From: an uncultured bacterium
GTDB lineage: Bacteria; Chloroflexota; UBA5177; JANWHV01
Length of the DNA stretch: 64,000 bases
Reading direction: 5' to 3'
Assembly: GCA_963729625.1 (NCBI GenBank)
Contig: CAVSOU010000016.1
Coordinates: 1 to 64,000, forward strand
Made by a program: the position numbers and the translations under genes. Below, in pieces: positions 32,415-46,674 of the stretch (position 1 is its first letter; each line of letters starts with the position of its first letter). Below the pieces are notes generated by a model. That model did not search any database. It was not told the DNA's origin and saw only the letters and a program-made list of their open reading frames with translations.

Positions 32415-32957
32415 CTAGCGTCGCGTCCGCAGGCCAACCGTGGCGCGAGCAGGCAGAGCTTCCTCTGCCGGCGGACTTACTGCGAGGACATGGCGCGTTT
32501 CCTCGTCGCTCACGTCGGGTCCCTCGCGGCTGCCAAAAGGCTGCCAGTCGTCTGCGACGCGGCGCTGAGTGGCGAGCTTTGCCAGCCAGGGAATGGCGGG
32601 CTCTGGCGGAGACTCCGCCTGTTTTCGCGACACTTGCACCACGAAGCGCACCGCGCGTGGCAGCTCGCGATCTACGGCGTAGGAATAGCGGGTGCTCGTG
32701 CCGCGTCCCGTCCAGGTGATCAGCTGCGCACGCCGTAGCTGCCGCAAACCTGCCTGCGTCGTGGCTCGCGGCAGTTGCAACCATTGCACGAGATCGCTCA
32801 GAGCGAAGCGCTCTTCTGGCTTCTCGACGAACACCGCGAGTAGGCGCGCTGTCGACCCGGATCGGAAGACGTGGCCGATGGGGCCCAACGCCCCGACCGC
32901 GTCCAGCGACCGAGAGCGTTGCGGCGCGCTGCGGAATTCCTTCTTGACTATCGACAT
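32415..32957 (-). CDS. Winged-helix DNA-binding protein
   Basis: FRSGSTARLLAVFVEKPEERFALSDLVQWLQLPRATTQAGLRQL...GRGTSTRYSY. Confidence 0.7.
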   Translation of the reverse strand: MSIVKKEFRSAPQRSRSLDAVGALGPIGHVFRSGSTARLLAVFVEKPEERFALSDLVQWLQLPRATTQAGLRQLRRAQLITWTGRGTSTRYSYAVDRELPRAVRFVVQVSRKQAESPPEPAIPWLAKLATQRRVADDWQPFGSREGPDVSDEETRHVLAVSPPAEEALPARATVGLRTRR

Positions 32958-33129
32958 GGTTCTATCCCTCGTATCTACTCATAGTATGAGTCCAGTCGCA
33001 TCAAGAAGCAAGGCGAGATGACTATGCGGCAGGGGTTATGCGCGAGTGGGGGCTGAGGGTGGATTGACGGCAAGAGCGATGGCTGGGGCAGGGTCCTGGG
33101 CGTGATCGCGGAGGCAAGCGGTAATCTGG

Positions 33130-33865
33130 TGGATGCTGCCCCTGCCGGTGTTTGCGCGCCAGCTTGAGCGAGGGCTGGAAGAAGTTCACCTAGAGTCGCA
33201 CCGCGCGGTACAGCTCCGCCAGTTGCCGGCAGGCTCGCTCGCCATCCAAGCGGTCATAGCCGACGAGTTGCCGCACGATGGTACCGTTCTTCTGCTCCAC
33301 GTAGCACTGGTCGTTGCTCCGGTACGTGCGGCCTCGCGTGAAGGTGATGCGTTCCTCGGTGCAGTAGGCGAGCACTGGGTAGTTGAGAAACTCCCCGCCG
33401 TTGTCGGTATCCAAGCCAAGCAGCGGAAAGGGCAGCAGCCGGCGGACCTCCGCTGAGCCCGCCAGCACGTCGGCGTGCGTGCGGTGCAGCAGCGGCAGGC
33501 ACTCAGTCCAGCCGGTAGCGACATCCGTGAGCACCAGGGTACTCAAGAAGGACCCTTCCGCCATCGTGCCGCAGTGTGCTACCGAGTCCGCCTCCATGAA
33601 GCCCGGCCGCACATCGTTCCACTCGGCAAAGGTCCGAATCGGCACCTGATGCTTGAGCAGGCGACCTGCCTTCGTGGTGCCAATGCCCCGCGGTTGGTCG
33701 CGCAGACGGGCTGCATGCAGGAGCCGGTCTGCGGTGGCCGGGCTCAGCTGCAACAGATCCCGGCGGACTGCCTCACACAGCAGCAAATGCCCGTGCCGCT
33801 CCAGTGTTGGCACCAGATCCGGCAGGAAGGGCACCAGCCGTTTCGCACACACATAGTTCGTCGTC
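33130..33865 (-). pseudogene. ISNCY-like integrase-core transposase fragment
   Basis: SPATADRLL, LLKHQVPIRT, EADSVAHCG, DVATGWTE, DTDNGGEFLN, NDQCYVEQKN; internal TAG before VNFFQPS. Confidence 0.85.
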
Positions 33866-34019
33866 ATCGACGTTGAGCGGTGCCGCCGCAGCGCGCGCCG
33901 AATAGCGCCCCTCGCGCTGCCCCGGCGGCCCGCCTGGCGGATGGCCATGGCGGCGAACGGTGAGGAGGCCACCAGCCGCGTCGACAGTCATGCCGCCTGC
34001 AAGTCCAGCGCAGCTTGAG

Positions 34020-34275
34020 ATCCGGGCGTGGCGATGACAATGTTGTCGAGGGATACCGCACATTGCAGGGGCCGTCTGCGCGTCCTGAGGAGTCGTGGGA
34101 GCACGACCTGGTGGCCGAATCCTCGGGAATGATCCCTGTCGGTATCGTGAATCGCAAGCGTGGTCTGGGTGCGTACCAAGTCCATCGCACTGATCAGTTC
34201 GCTCATCACGGTGTGTGGAAGAATCTTGGAGAGGGAACGTATGTGGTCAGCCTTGAGCCGACCACGAACTGGTCC
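34020..34275 (+). pseudogene. Aldose-epimerase/DUF4432-like fragment
   Basis: VWKNLGEGTYVVSLEPTTN. Confidence 0.55.
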
Positions 34276-34284
34276 TGGTCGCCT

Positions 34285-34686
34285 ACCATACACGACTTTG
34301 GCGTGGCGTCGGCTAGCCCGTCAGAGGGAGTCGACTACCCCGACGTTGCCCGGGATGTCGCCGAAGCGGTGTCGAGAGGAGAAGAGGAGCGGGCCATCCT
34401 CGTGTGCGGCACGGGCATCGGCATGGCGATCACGGCCAACAAGGTGCCTGGTGTGCGCGCTGCACAAGCGCACGACGTCTATTCAGCGCAACGAGCGCGC
34501 AAGAGCAATGACGCCCAGATCTTGGCCCTGGGAGCGCGGGTCATCGGGCTGGAACTCGCGAAGTCGATCGTGGATGCCTGGCTAGAGTCCGAGTTCGCGG
34601 GCGGTGCGTCGGCGCACAAAGTCGAGAAGATCAAACGGGTCGATGCAGACTATCGCTCCAGCGCAACTCGACCAGCTTCTCGTTGA
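34285..34686 (+). pseudogene. rpiB: RpiB/LacAB-family sugar-phosphate isomerase lacking N-terminus
   Basis: DYPDVA, ILVCGTGIGMAITANKVPGVRAA, SNDAQILALGARVIG; the N-terminal DHAG motif is missing. Confidence 0.8.
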
Positions 34687-34712
34687 GCCAGTGAGGGTGG
34701 AGCAACGGCTAC

Positions 34713-35336
34713 TTGGTCCCGCAGACTGGCTATTGGCCCGTGCTCAGGCTGAACTACGCTTCCATGGGCTGGAGCAGTCCGGACACTCGACTTGAGATCA
34801 AGGCGCTCGCTGCACGTTCCGTTCGAGACGTGGTGGACGAGGCCGGTCGGATCGATGTTCCGACCTGGCTGGATGAGCGGCAGGCGGAGTGCGCACCGGA
34901 CCCAGATGACCCGGACGAAGCTGACGCACTGGAGGCGCTCATTAGCCGGTGGCCAAGTGAGGCGGCGCCCAAACCCGACTTCTGGATCCTGAGTGCGGAG
35001 TTTCCCTCCCCGTGGCTCGAGCTACGACTGGTGCCAACGACCATTGCGCGGCACGTGCCGGTGTTCTTCAACTACGGCAATGGCCCGGCGCCGTGCGAGC
35101 ATGTCGCCGTGCTACAGGAATGGTATCGGCGCTACGGTGCCGAAATCGTGACCAGCGCCGGCGACACGGTGGAGATGACGGTCAGCCGCCTACCACGCTC
35201 GCGCAAGGCAGCCTGGACGCTCGCCTTTGACCACTATGCCTACTGTCCCGATCTGGTTCTGCAAGGCACGCAGACGATTGCGCGACTGGCCGCCGTCCTG
35301 CTCGACTGCGACAAGTGGTACTTCTGGTGGGATTAG
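34713..35336 (+). CDS. DUF4253-like protein, possibly 5' truncated
   Basis: WYRRYGAEIV, HYAYCPD, C-terminal WYFWWD. Confidence 0.75.
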   Translation: MVPQTGYWPVLRLNYASMGWSSPDTRLEIKALAARSVRDVVDEAGRIDVPTWLDERQAECAPDPDDPDEADALEALISRWPSEAAPKPDFWILSAEFPSPWLELRLVPTTIARHVPVFFNYGNGPAPCEHVAVLQEWYRRYGAEIVTSAGDTVEMTVSRLPRSRKAAWTLAFDHYAYCPDLVLQGTQTIARLAAVLLDCDKWYFWWD

Positions 35337-35705
35337 GCACCACTACCTGCGGACGCAGGTCTTAGGCGGAGCCGTGCGGGTGGAACTCGACGAGACGGTA
35401 GAGCAAGTCGCGCAGAGTCTTGCCGCACTCCGGGCACTGCATGTGCGCGTCAAGGCGAATGCCGCAGCCAGGGCAGTACCACGTACCTGCAACATCTGAA
35501 CTGGAGCGATCAAGCGGGATGCTTGCTCTGGCTCGGCAGAGCCGTACCGCCGCTCCAGCTCCTTTCGCAGCTGTTGAGACAAGGCATTCGCGCAGCAGGT
35601 GATGGGCGTGCACGCGCCCCGTGGTCAGCCTCCCGCCATCTCACGCGTGTACCGAGGCGCGACCGGATCATGCTCCGACAGCACCCATTCGTCGGATAGG
35701 TCTCA

Positions 35706-36737
35706 TTACTTGCTCGATAGAGGAGGCGACGTTGAATCGCGTACGACCAGCCTGGGCATGAACAGAGGTGGTGCTGTGACCACCGGTCCCGCCATGGCAC
35801 GCAGTAGGAGCTCGGTGGCGGCAGTCATCATGCCGGAAACGTCGATGTGAACCGTGGTCAAGGGAGGCCCTAATTCTGCGGCGCCAACGATGTCGTCAAA
35901 CCCGACGAGAGAGAGGTCTCGTGGCACCGACAATCTACGTTCCTTTGCTGCCCTGAGTACGCCTATGGCCATGAGATCGTTTGTCGCGAAGATGGCAGTA
36001 GGCGGCGCAGGAAGCTCGAACAGATCGTGCGCTGCGACGCGGCCGCCGTCAATCGTCGGGAAAGCCGTGTGGATGAACGCTGGATCGAGCGGCAAACCTG
36101 CGCGCGCCATGCCCGTGCGGAAGCCCAACAAGCGCAACGAGTGTCCCAGAGACCGTTCGGGTTCTGCACCATGCATGACGATGGCCAGGCGCCGGTGCCC
36201 CAGAGCCACCAGATGTTCCGCCACTTGACGTCCGCCTGCGGAAAAATCCAGGCCAACGCTTGGCACGAGATCCACTCCCTGCTCGTCCCACATGCACCAC
36301 ACAACAGGCAGCTTGGCCGGCACGAGCAGGCGAACAGTGTCGGACAACAGGCCTCCCGGCAGGGCAAGGATGCCGTCGACCCGGCGCGCAACGAGATCGG
36401 CTAGCAGTTCCTGGCCGAGCTGTACGTCACGATCCGTATTGACGCAGAATACACGATAGTCAGCATGATGCGCCACCCGTTCGACGACTTGTGCTACGGC
36501 GCCATAGAAGGGGTTAGCAATGTCGGCCACGATCAGACCGATCGTTCGTGTTCGCTGAGTGACAAGGCCCCGCGCAATCAGATTGGGTTGGTAGCCGAGT
36601 TCCTCCGCGCAACGGATGATCCGTTCGCGCGTCGCATCGCTGATCGAGCCTCTGCCCGACAGCGCATAAGACACCGTCGATACCGTCACGCCGGTTGCCT
36701 TCGCGATGTCTTGCAGGGTAATCACAATCAGGCCCAT
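35706..36737 (-). CDS. LacI-family transcriptional regulator
   Basis: TLQDIAKATGVTVSTVSYALS, YQPN, TAIFATNDLMAIG, SLVGFDD. Confidence 0.95.
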   Translation of the reverse strand: MGLIVITLQDIAKATGVTVSTVSYALSGRGSISDATRERIIRCAEELGYQPNLIARGLVTQRTRTIGLIVADIANPFYGAVAQVVERVAHHADYRVFCVNTDRDVQLGQELLADLVARRVDGILALPGGLLSDTVRLLVPAKLPVVWCMWDEQGVDLVPSVGLDFSAGGRQVAEHLVALGHRRLAIVMHGAEPERSLGHSLRLLGFRTGMARAGLPLDPAFIHTAFPTIDGGRVAAHDLFELPAPPTAIFATNDLMAIGVLRAAKERRLSVPRDLSLVGFDDIVGAAELGPPLTTVHIDVSGMMTAATELLLRAMAGPVVTAPPLFMPRLVVRDSTSPPLSSK

Positions 36738-36772
36738 CCCACCAGCAAGACCATTGATCCGCGACCGGCGAG

Positions 36773-37159
36773 CGAAATCAATCGTTTCACTTTGCAGTAT
36801 GAGCTGACGTTACAGCTAACACATCCCTAACGTCAAATCTGAGGCGAGCCAGCCGGCCAGCGAGCCGATAGGGGCATATAGAACAATTTGGGCACAAAGC
36901 TCTCGCTGGCAGAAGCAGATTGGAGAGTTTGGACGCCCTTGCAACCCGCCCCGGTCAGATGCCTGTGCCACGCGCCCCGCTGGGGGTCGGCGCGATGCCC
37001 GCCGCGACCGAACCTCGTCACTCATGAGACACGGTGCAACTGTCGCCCCTGCTCGCGGGTGGGCGGCTGGCAGTTCGAGGTGTGTATCGCTGTGCTTGAC
37101 ACGCAGTCTTGAGCCGATGTAATGTAAGCCTATGTCGCGAGGTGAAGCGTTTGATTTCG
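36773..37159. promoter_or_regulatory. Two LacI-type operators in the divergent intergenic region
   Basis: CGAAATCAATCGTTTCAC (36773-36790) and GTGAAGCGTTTGATTTCG (37142-37159) are 16/18 inverted copies with a central CG. Confidence 0.65.
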
Positions 37160-37282
37160 TGCTGCGTAGGCGGGATCAGGCAGTTTTCACCGTGTGTGGC
37201 AGGGCAGTGCGTTGGCGGGTATTGAGCAGGACATCGCCATCGCCCTGAAGGTGGCGACGTCCTGCACGGTCTAGGAGTCAAG

Positions 37283-38617
37283 ATGGCGCGCACTACAGTA
37301 CGAAAGCCATGCCAGCTGATCTCGCTCGTTCGCTCGGCTGCCGCCGCCGGCAGTATCGTTCTCGCCTTGACCTGTGGCGCAGTCGGGCCCATGAGTCACA
37401 CTGTTGCGGCAGGTCAGCCCGTTACACTCACGTTCTGGGACTGGGTTGATTCCAGCCAAGCGATTTCAATCTTTGAGAAGAGTCATCCGAACATCAAGGT
37501 CAAGCTCGATCTCGTCGCCGGCGGCGCCCCGGCCTACGCGAAGATGTTCGCCGCCATCAAGGCAGGCAATGCTCCGGACGTTGGTCTCATCGAGCTCAAC
37601 ACCCTGCCACAGTTCATCGGCACTGGTGGCCTGCTGGACATCAGCAAATACGGAGCCAACAGCATCAAGTCCGACTTCGTGCCGTGGTCATGGAGCCAGG
37701 TGAGCTATGGCGGTGCCGTATACGCGCTGCCATTGAGCGCGAGCCCGATCGGCTATCACTACAACACGAAGCTGCTGGCAAAGTACGGCGTGACGAAGAT
37801 CCCTGCGACCTACGCCCAGCTTGCCGTTGCAGCGGCGACGTACCACAAGAACAATCCAAACGGCTACCTCATCGACGTGCCGCCCTCGGCCAACTACATC
37901 GCACTGCTGACCTGGCAGGCAGGGGGGGCCTGGTTCACTGCCGCGAACAACGAGTGGAAGGTCGGCTTCACCACACCGCAGAGCCACCAGGTGGCAACTT
38001 ACCTGCAAGGGTTAGTTGACAAGCATCTGGCCTTTACGGAGGCGTCGTACCTGACTCCCTGGTACCAGGCGCTCAGTAATGGTACGCTTGCCAGCTTCGT
38101 GGGCCCGCAGTGGGCCGATGCCCTGCTCGCCTCCCAGGCGGCAGCGCAGAGCGGTAACTTCAGGGTTTCCGAGGCACCCCAATGGGTTGCCGGTCACCAG
38201 GTCGACGGTCAGGAGGGCGGTGGCTCCCTCGCTGTGTTCAAGGACACCGCTCATCCGCAAGAGGCTTTCACCTTCGTCGACTGGATGCTCACCAACCCGG
38301 TAGCGGAGTCCCTCAACTATAAGTCAGGCTATGGCTGGCCGACCACGATCTCGGGTAGCAAGCTGCCCGACCTCTCCGCCAAGCTGCCGTACTTCGGCGG
38401 GCAGAATCCCGAGCCCATCTACGCTGCGTCCAACAACGCGACGAATCAATCGTGGCAGTGGGGTCCGAACTACTCAACAGTAACAAGCGATCTCAATGCA
38501 CTGCTCGCCAACGCACTGTCCGGTCGCATGACCATCTGGCAGGCGCTGCAGCAAGAACAGGCCAAGGAGCTCGCCGGCCTCAAGGCTCTCGGCATCAACG
38601 CGGTAAGCGCTAGCTAG
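37283..38617 (+). CDS. Sugar ABC transporter substrate-binding protein
   Basis: TLTFWDW, FEKSHPNIKV, AGNAPDV, QWGP. Confidence 0.9.
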   Translation: MARTTVRKPCQLISLVRSAAAAGSIVLALTCGAVGPMSHTVAAGQPVTLTFWDWVDSSQAISIFEKSHPNIKVKLDLVAGGAPAYAKMFAAIKAGNAPDVGLIELNTLPQFIGTGGLLDISKYGANSIKSDFVPWSWSQVSYGGAVYALPLSASPIGYHYNTKLLAKYGVTKIPATYAQLAVAAATYHKNNPNGYLIDVPPSANYIALLTWQAGGAWFTAANNEWKVGFTTPQSHQVATYLQGLVDKHLAFTEASYLTPWYQALSNGTLASFVGPQWADALLASQAAAQSGNFRVSEAPQWVAGHQVDGQEGGGSLAVFKDTAHPQEAFTFVDWMLTNPVAESLNYKSGYGWPTTISGSKLPDLSAKLPYFGGQNPEPIYAASNNATNQSWQWGPNYSTVTSDLNALLANALSGRMTIWQALQQEQAKELAGLKALGINAVSAS

Positions 38618-38675
38618 TTCGCGCGCCGCCGGAAAAGCGCATGGGCGTGCTGCAGAGCTCTGCGCGAAGGAAGGA

Positions 38676-39653
38676 ATGGGTGTGTCTCTACCCGGTACCA
38701 CCTCGTCGACCGATCGCCCCGCACTCGCGGAGGGATTCAGGCGGCGAGGTGGCCGGGGCAGACGAATTAGCGGAACGCTGAGCTGGTCCAGCGCATCGTT
38801 GCTGGCGCCGTTTGCGCTGCTGTTCATCGGCTTCTTCCTGCTGCCCATCGCCTATGCAATCGAGCAGTCGTTCGTCGGATCTCAGTTCAGCGGACTAGGT
38901 CTCGGTCCACCTACGACCAAGTTCGTTGGCCTGGAGAATTACGTCCAGGTCATTACCGACCCTGACTTTGGCGCCGGTGTGGGGCGTATCGGGGAGTTCG
39001 CCCTCATCAACATCCCCATCACCATAGGCCTGGCGCTGCTTTTCGCCTTGCTGCTCGACGTGAGCTCGATGCCATTCAGGGGCTTCTTCCGTGTCGTCTA
39101 CTTCGTGCCCTACGCGATCCCCGGCGTGATTAGCGGCATTCTGTGGGCCTTCCTCTACTCGCCCAGTCTCAGCCCCTACAACCAGATCCTGAGCGCCATT
39201 GGAGCAGGGACGATCAGCTTCTTATCACCGCAGACGGTCCTCTTCGCGATCGTCAACATCGTGGTCTGGCAATACTCTGGGTACAACATGCTCATCCTCA
39301 CGGCGTCGCTCAACGCGCTTCCCACCGAGCAGTTCGAGGCCGCTTCCATCGACGGATGCGGAGAAGTGCGTAAGGCAATCTTCATCAAGATTCCGCAGCT
39401 GGCTCCCGCACTCGTGATGACTGTGCTATTCGCGATCATCGGTACTCTCCAACTGTTCAATGAGCCACTGATCCTGTCGCTCATTACGAAATCCGTAACG
39501 ACGACCTACACGCCGAACTTCATGGCATATACCGAAGCGTTCAGCAATAACAACACGTATCTGGCGGCAGCCATATCGGTTATCCTGGCCCTCATCACGG
39601 CAGTGTGCTCGTTCGCCTTCCTCGCCGTCGTGACCAGAAGAAGCGCACGATGA
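38676..39653 (+). CDS. Sugar ABC permease (MalF-type)
   Basis: FVGLENY, EAASIDG, IIGTLQLFNEP. Confidence 0.92.
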   Translation: MGVSLPGTTSSTDRPALAEGFRRRGGRGRRISGTLSWSSASLLAPFALLFIGFFLLPIAYAIEQSFVGSQFSGLGLGPPTTKFVGLENYVQVITDPDFGAGVGRIGEFALINIPITIGLALLFALLLDVSSMPFRGFFRVVYFVPYAIPGVISGILWAFLYSPSLSPYNQILSAIGAGTISFLSPQTVLFAIVNIVVWQYSGYNMLILTASLNALPTEQFEAASIDGCGEVRKAIFIKIPQLAPALVMTVLFAIIGTLQLFNEPLILSLITKSVTTTYTPNFMAYTEAFSNNNTYLAAAISVILALITAVCSFAFLAVVTRRSAR

Positions 39654-40555
39654 GAGCTGCTCCACGAACCGCGCGACGATCGGCCGAAAGCCCGGTCGGA
39701 TCGGTTATCTCAGGACCCCGACGAGTCTTGCTGTTCCTGCTGCTGACCGCGTTCGGCCTCTATTTTCTGGTGCCTGTATGGTGGCTGTTTGTAGCAGCCA
39801 CCAAGAGCACAGGTACCCTGTTCGCGAGCCGTGGTTTGTGGTTTAGCGGTGGATTCGACCTGTCTTCGAACCTTCAGCACCTCTTTTCGTACGAGAGTGG
39901 CATCTTTCCTCGCTGGATACTCAATACAATCGGCTACGCCGGCTTTGGTGCGGCCATCGCGGCAATTACGGCGGCAGCTGCAGGCTACGTCTTCGCCAAG
40001 TTTCGCTTTCCCGGCCGGCGGCTGTTCTTTTCGGTCGTGCTCGGCGGTGTCATGGTGCCGGCCAACATCCTGGCTATACCGCTCTATCTGCTATTCAGCC
40101 AGATACACGGCGCCAACACCTATTGGTCCGTGTTCTTGCCAGGATTGATCAGCCCGTTTGGCATGTACCTCAGCCGCGTCTTCGTGACGGCGGGCGTGCC
40201 GGACGAGGTCCTCGAAGCTGCTCGGATGGACGGGGCGGGCGAATACCGGATCTTCTTCACTATCGTGCTGCGAATCATGACCCCTGTGTTGATCACAGTG
40301 TTCCTCTTTCAGCTGGTGGGCATCTGGAACAATGTGCTGCTGCCGCTCGTGATGCTCAGTGACCAGAACACGTTCCCGGTGACACTGGGCCTCTACGGCA
40401 TGTACCAGTCGAGCAGTACCATTGGCGCTCCGCGAGACATCATCGCCCTCATTCTGATGGGAAACCTCGTGTCGGTAGTGCCCCTGGTAATCGCGTTCCT
40501 CGCCCTGCAGAGATACTGGCGTGGCGGGGTAGCGGTCGGCTCGGTGCGCGGATGA
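39650..40555 (+). CDS. Sugar ABC permease (MalG-type)
   Basis: EVLEAARMDGAGEYRIF, WNNVLLP, LQRYW. Confidence 0.92.
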   Translation: MRAAPRTARRSAESPVGSVISGPRRVLLFLLLTAFGLYFLVPVWWLFVAATKSTGTLFASRGLWFSGGFDLSSNLQHLFSYESGIFPRWILNTIGYAGFGAAIAAITAAAAGYVFAKFRFPGRRLFFSVVLGGVMVPANILAIPLYLLFSQIHGANTYWSVFLPGLISPFGMYLSRVFVTAGVPDEVLEAARMDGAGEYRIFFTIVLRIMTPVLITVFLFQLVGIWNNVLLPLVMLSDQNTFPVTLGLYGMYQSSSTIGAPRDIIALILMGNLVSVVPLVIAFLALQRYWRGGVAVGSVRG

Positions 40556-40738
40556 CACAGGCTGGCGGGATCTTCCCAAAAATGTGGCGCCGCTGGCAGC
40601 TACCCGGTCACCGGCGGCCGGTCGCTGCGTGCCGCGATCGGGTTGTGCGGTTCACGATGAGCCGCGGTGCTTGCAGCGGTCCGGAGCGTTGTAGGCCGCA
40701 CGTAACCGCAGGGCTCGAGTCGAGAAGGGGTTGACTCA

Positions 40739-43657
<2,919 letters not shown>

Positions 43658-43672
43658 CTATGGGGATTGTCC

Positions 43673-44506
43673 ATGAAAGCACTTGCAGATCCCGTACTTG
43701 TAGGACGCGGATTGGCCTTTGCGGAGGGAATCAATTTCTACCGCGATGGAACACTCTACTGTGTAGATCTGGACGGTGGCAGCATATGGCGCATGCCGCG
43801 CGGTGGCGCCCTGCAGGTATGGGTGAGTACGGACGGCAGGCCCAACGGATCCCGGTTTGGCCCTGGTGGTGACCTATTCGTGGCCGATCGTGGCCGCAGA
43901 CAAATCCTGCGCCTGTCCACGTCGACCGGTGAGATCGCGATCTTCGCGTATCAGCACGAGGATCAGGCCTTCAATGGTCCGAACGACTTGTGCTTCGGTC
44001 CGGACGGCTCGCTGTACTTTACCGACCCCGAGGGATCGTCGATCGACCACCGTGTGGGCGCGGTATACGCGGTAACTCCGGATGGATCGGTCACGCTCGT
44101 GGCAGCCGGCCTGGCCTATCCAAATGGAGTTGCGGTCACGCCGGACGGCTCGGTACTCATCGTCGCAGAGACCGACCTGGGCATGCTGCATCGCTATACT
44201 CTCTCCTCGGAGCGCCCCCTGAGGGAACTGGAGCCGTTCAGCGTGCTGAGTTCCGAGGGTGGTGGGCCAGACGGCATGGCCTTTGGCGCTGACGGGCTGC
44301 TGTACGTGGCCGACTATCTCCGCGGCTTTGTGCACGTCATCGATCCTCGTGGAGAGCGAGTTGCGCGCCTCGAAGGCATTGGCCCAACGCCCACGAACGT
44401 GGCCTTCTGGGAGGACAGCCTCTACGTGACCGAGGGCAAGAGCGGATCGATCTACCGTCTCGACATCGGCACGCGGGAGCAGCGGCCTTTTGGGCGCCCG
44501 TGGTAG
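43673..44506 (+). CDS. SMP-30/gluconolactonase family protein
   Basis: FAEG, FNGPNDL, YPNGVA, GPDGMA, PTNVAF. Confidence 0.9.
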   Translation: MKALADPVLVGRGLAFAEGINFYRDGTLYCVDLDGGSIWRMPRGGALQVWVSTDGRPNGSRFGPGGDLFVADRGRRQILRLSTSTGEIAIFAYQHEDQAFNGPNDLCFGPDGSLYFTDPEGSSIDHRVGAVYAVTPDGSVTLVAAGLAYPNGVAVTPDGSVLIVAETDLGMLHRYTLSSERPLRELEPFSVLSSEGGGPDGMAFGADGLLYVADYLRGFVHVIDPRGERVARLEGIGPTPTNVAFWEDSLYVTEGKSGSIYRLDIGTREQRPFGRPW

Positions 44507-44736
44507 AAACGCGCCGGCCGGACATGTGTGGCTGACCGCGACAAGAGCGTAGAGGGCGTCGATGCGGTCGACCATCTCCATGGCTGCGCCTGAAGGCTGT
44601 GGCCATCCGCTTGCGGCATCGCCGGCTCTTCTGCGGGGTTGCGGAAGACCGGCCACACGTGACTGGGCTTCCCGCTGCTCCTGAGAGGTCGCGGTGGGAT
44701 GTTGGGGGCAGAAGGATGTTGCACATGGTGTCGCCT

Positions 44737-45040
44737 TTACAGCAGCCAGAAGTTCTTTGTGGACCACGAGGTCTTGTCGCCGACCGCGAGGCATTGCGTG
44801 GTCGTTGGACAGGCGATTGCGCGCAGGGGGTCCGTGGAGGCAAAGGATGGCTGCACCGTCCAGATGTCAGCGGGGCCCGACTTGATGAGCATGACACCGA
44901 GGCTGCCCACTGCAATGCAGAGTGTGGGTGTTGGACAGCTGATCCCGCCCAGTTGGAGGCGATTCTGGATCAGGGTGCGCCACGTGGCCCCGTCGTCCGT
45001 GGTCACCAGTACGGCCCCGTCGCCCACTGCCATGGCTGAT
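44737..45040 (-). pseudogene. Cys-containing BNR-like propeller repeat fragment
   Basis: AVGDGAVLVTTDDGATW, ISCPTPTLCIAVG, IACPTTTQCLAVG. Confidence 0.6.
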
Positions 45041-45171
45041 GAGGCGCGAGTTAGAGGCCGATGGCAACTCCAACCATACGACGCCGCGTCGCCCTGCACG
45101 GTATGCTGGAGAGCAACCGCCCCAGCAACAATCTGGGCGCGACAGGCACTCAGTACGGGAAGGAGTGAGAA

Positions 45172-45645
45172 ATGGCCATCCGATTTGGCGTCTTCGTGCC
45201 TCAGGGCTGGCGCATGGATCTGGTGGGGATTGACGACCCCGTCGAACAGTACGAAACGATGACCCGCGTCGCTCAAGCTGCTGACCGCGAACCTGGCTGG
45301 GACTCCATCTGGGTGTTCGACCATTTCCATACCGTACCCACACCCGAGATTGAGACGACGTTCGAGTGCTGGACGATCACCGCGACCCTAGCGCGTGATA
45401 CCAGCCGCGTGAAGATCGGCCAGATGGTCACCTGCAACGGCTACCGCAATCCAGCCCTCTACGCCAAGCTGGCCTCAACCGTCGATGTGGCCAGCCATGG
45501 CCGACTCTATGCCGGCATCGGCGCCGGGTGGTACGAGCACGAGTGGCGTGCCTACGGCTATGGCTTTCCCGAGACGCGCGAGCGCCTGGCCCGACTGGCC
45601 GAAGCGTGCGAGATCATTCACCGCATGTGGACGGAAGCCTACCCA
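45172..45645 (+). pseudogene. LLM-class F420-dependent oxidoreductase, 3' truncated
   Basis: FGVFVPQGW, SIWVFDHF, GQMVTCNGYRNP, GIGAGWYEHE. Confidence 0.88.
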
Positions 45646-46674
45646 GTCGTGGGCAAGGGCCGCAGCAGCGCCCGCTCGGCCTGCCAGCGTGCTTCCCGGG
45701 TCAGATTGCGTTGGCGCACGATCTCCGCCAGGAAGCGGGCGTAGCTGACGCGGTCGACAAAGTCGCGACTGCCGCGCACGCGCAACGCCTGGTCGACGGC
45801 CAGCTTGAGCCGGTGGTGCGCCTGTTCCACGTCGCCGTTTTCGTGCGCTTCGCCGGCGTTGTTGACCGCCGCTTCCATACCGTAGTGCGCCAGCAAGGCC
45901 CGGTAGCGATCTGTGAACTCCGCCTGGCCGGCGACGCTCAGTGGGCGCACCGCCGTGCCCATATGGTCTGTCTTGTGCCGCTGGGGCACGCCGCCGAGTT
46001 GCCACAGGCAGTACTCGAGCCCTTCGGCCAAGGACTCGAAGCTCTCGCTGACACAAATGTGCGCCGCCTCCACGTTCGAGTAGGTGAGCACCAGGTGGAA
46101 CACCTCGTGCGGAAAGGGCAGGCCGCCCAGCGTCACCTGCAGGCTGCTCATGTGGGTGAAATCGGACTCGGCGAGATCGCCGGGCCGATGCACCTGCGCG
46201 AACATCACCTCCCGCTCCGGTCCGGCCACCGCGCGCCAGGTGGCCATGTGCCGCTGCACGGTGCGGAGCTGGCCCTCCTGGTAGCGGCCTGGGTGCTTGG
46301 CCTGCAAGAGGGCAAAGAGCGTCGTCGCCTGCAAGGCGGGATCACGCTCCAGTGCCGCCACCACCCAGCCCCACTCGCTGGCAAACGGATCGGGCCGTGT
46401 TCGATGCTGCCGTGGCCGCTTGAGTTGACTGGGCAGCTTGCCGACCTGCTCGTACTTGCGCGCGGTTCGCTCACTCATCCCGGCCCGCGCGGCCGCCACG
46501 ACCTGCGTGGCTCCTTTGCTGCGTTCCTTCTCCAAGATCCACACCTCAGCGTCTTTCTTCATGCCGTCCTCCGTACTTGGAGGACGCCACAGCCTGGTCA
46601 TCCGGGCAACCTCCGTGCCCGACTGACCGGCAACTTTCAAAGACGCCACCGGCAAATCTAATTGTCGTCCATCA
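45646..46674 (-). mobile_element. istA: IS21-family element B (left end plus istA from 46562, 3' truncated), inserted in istB of element A
   Basis: End TGATGGACGACAATTAGATTTGCCGGT...AAGTTGCCGGT; RTRPDPF, ESDFT, KTDH, HENGDVEQ. Confidence 0.8.

Noticed and set aside
34015-34686. Epimerase-RpiB fusion enzyme
   Set aside because: Both parts lack essential regions; it is a deletion junction
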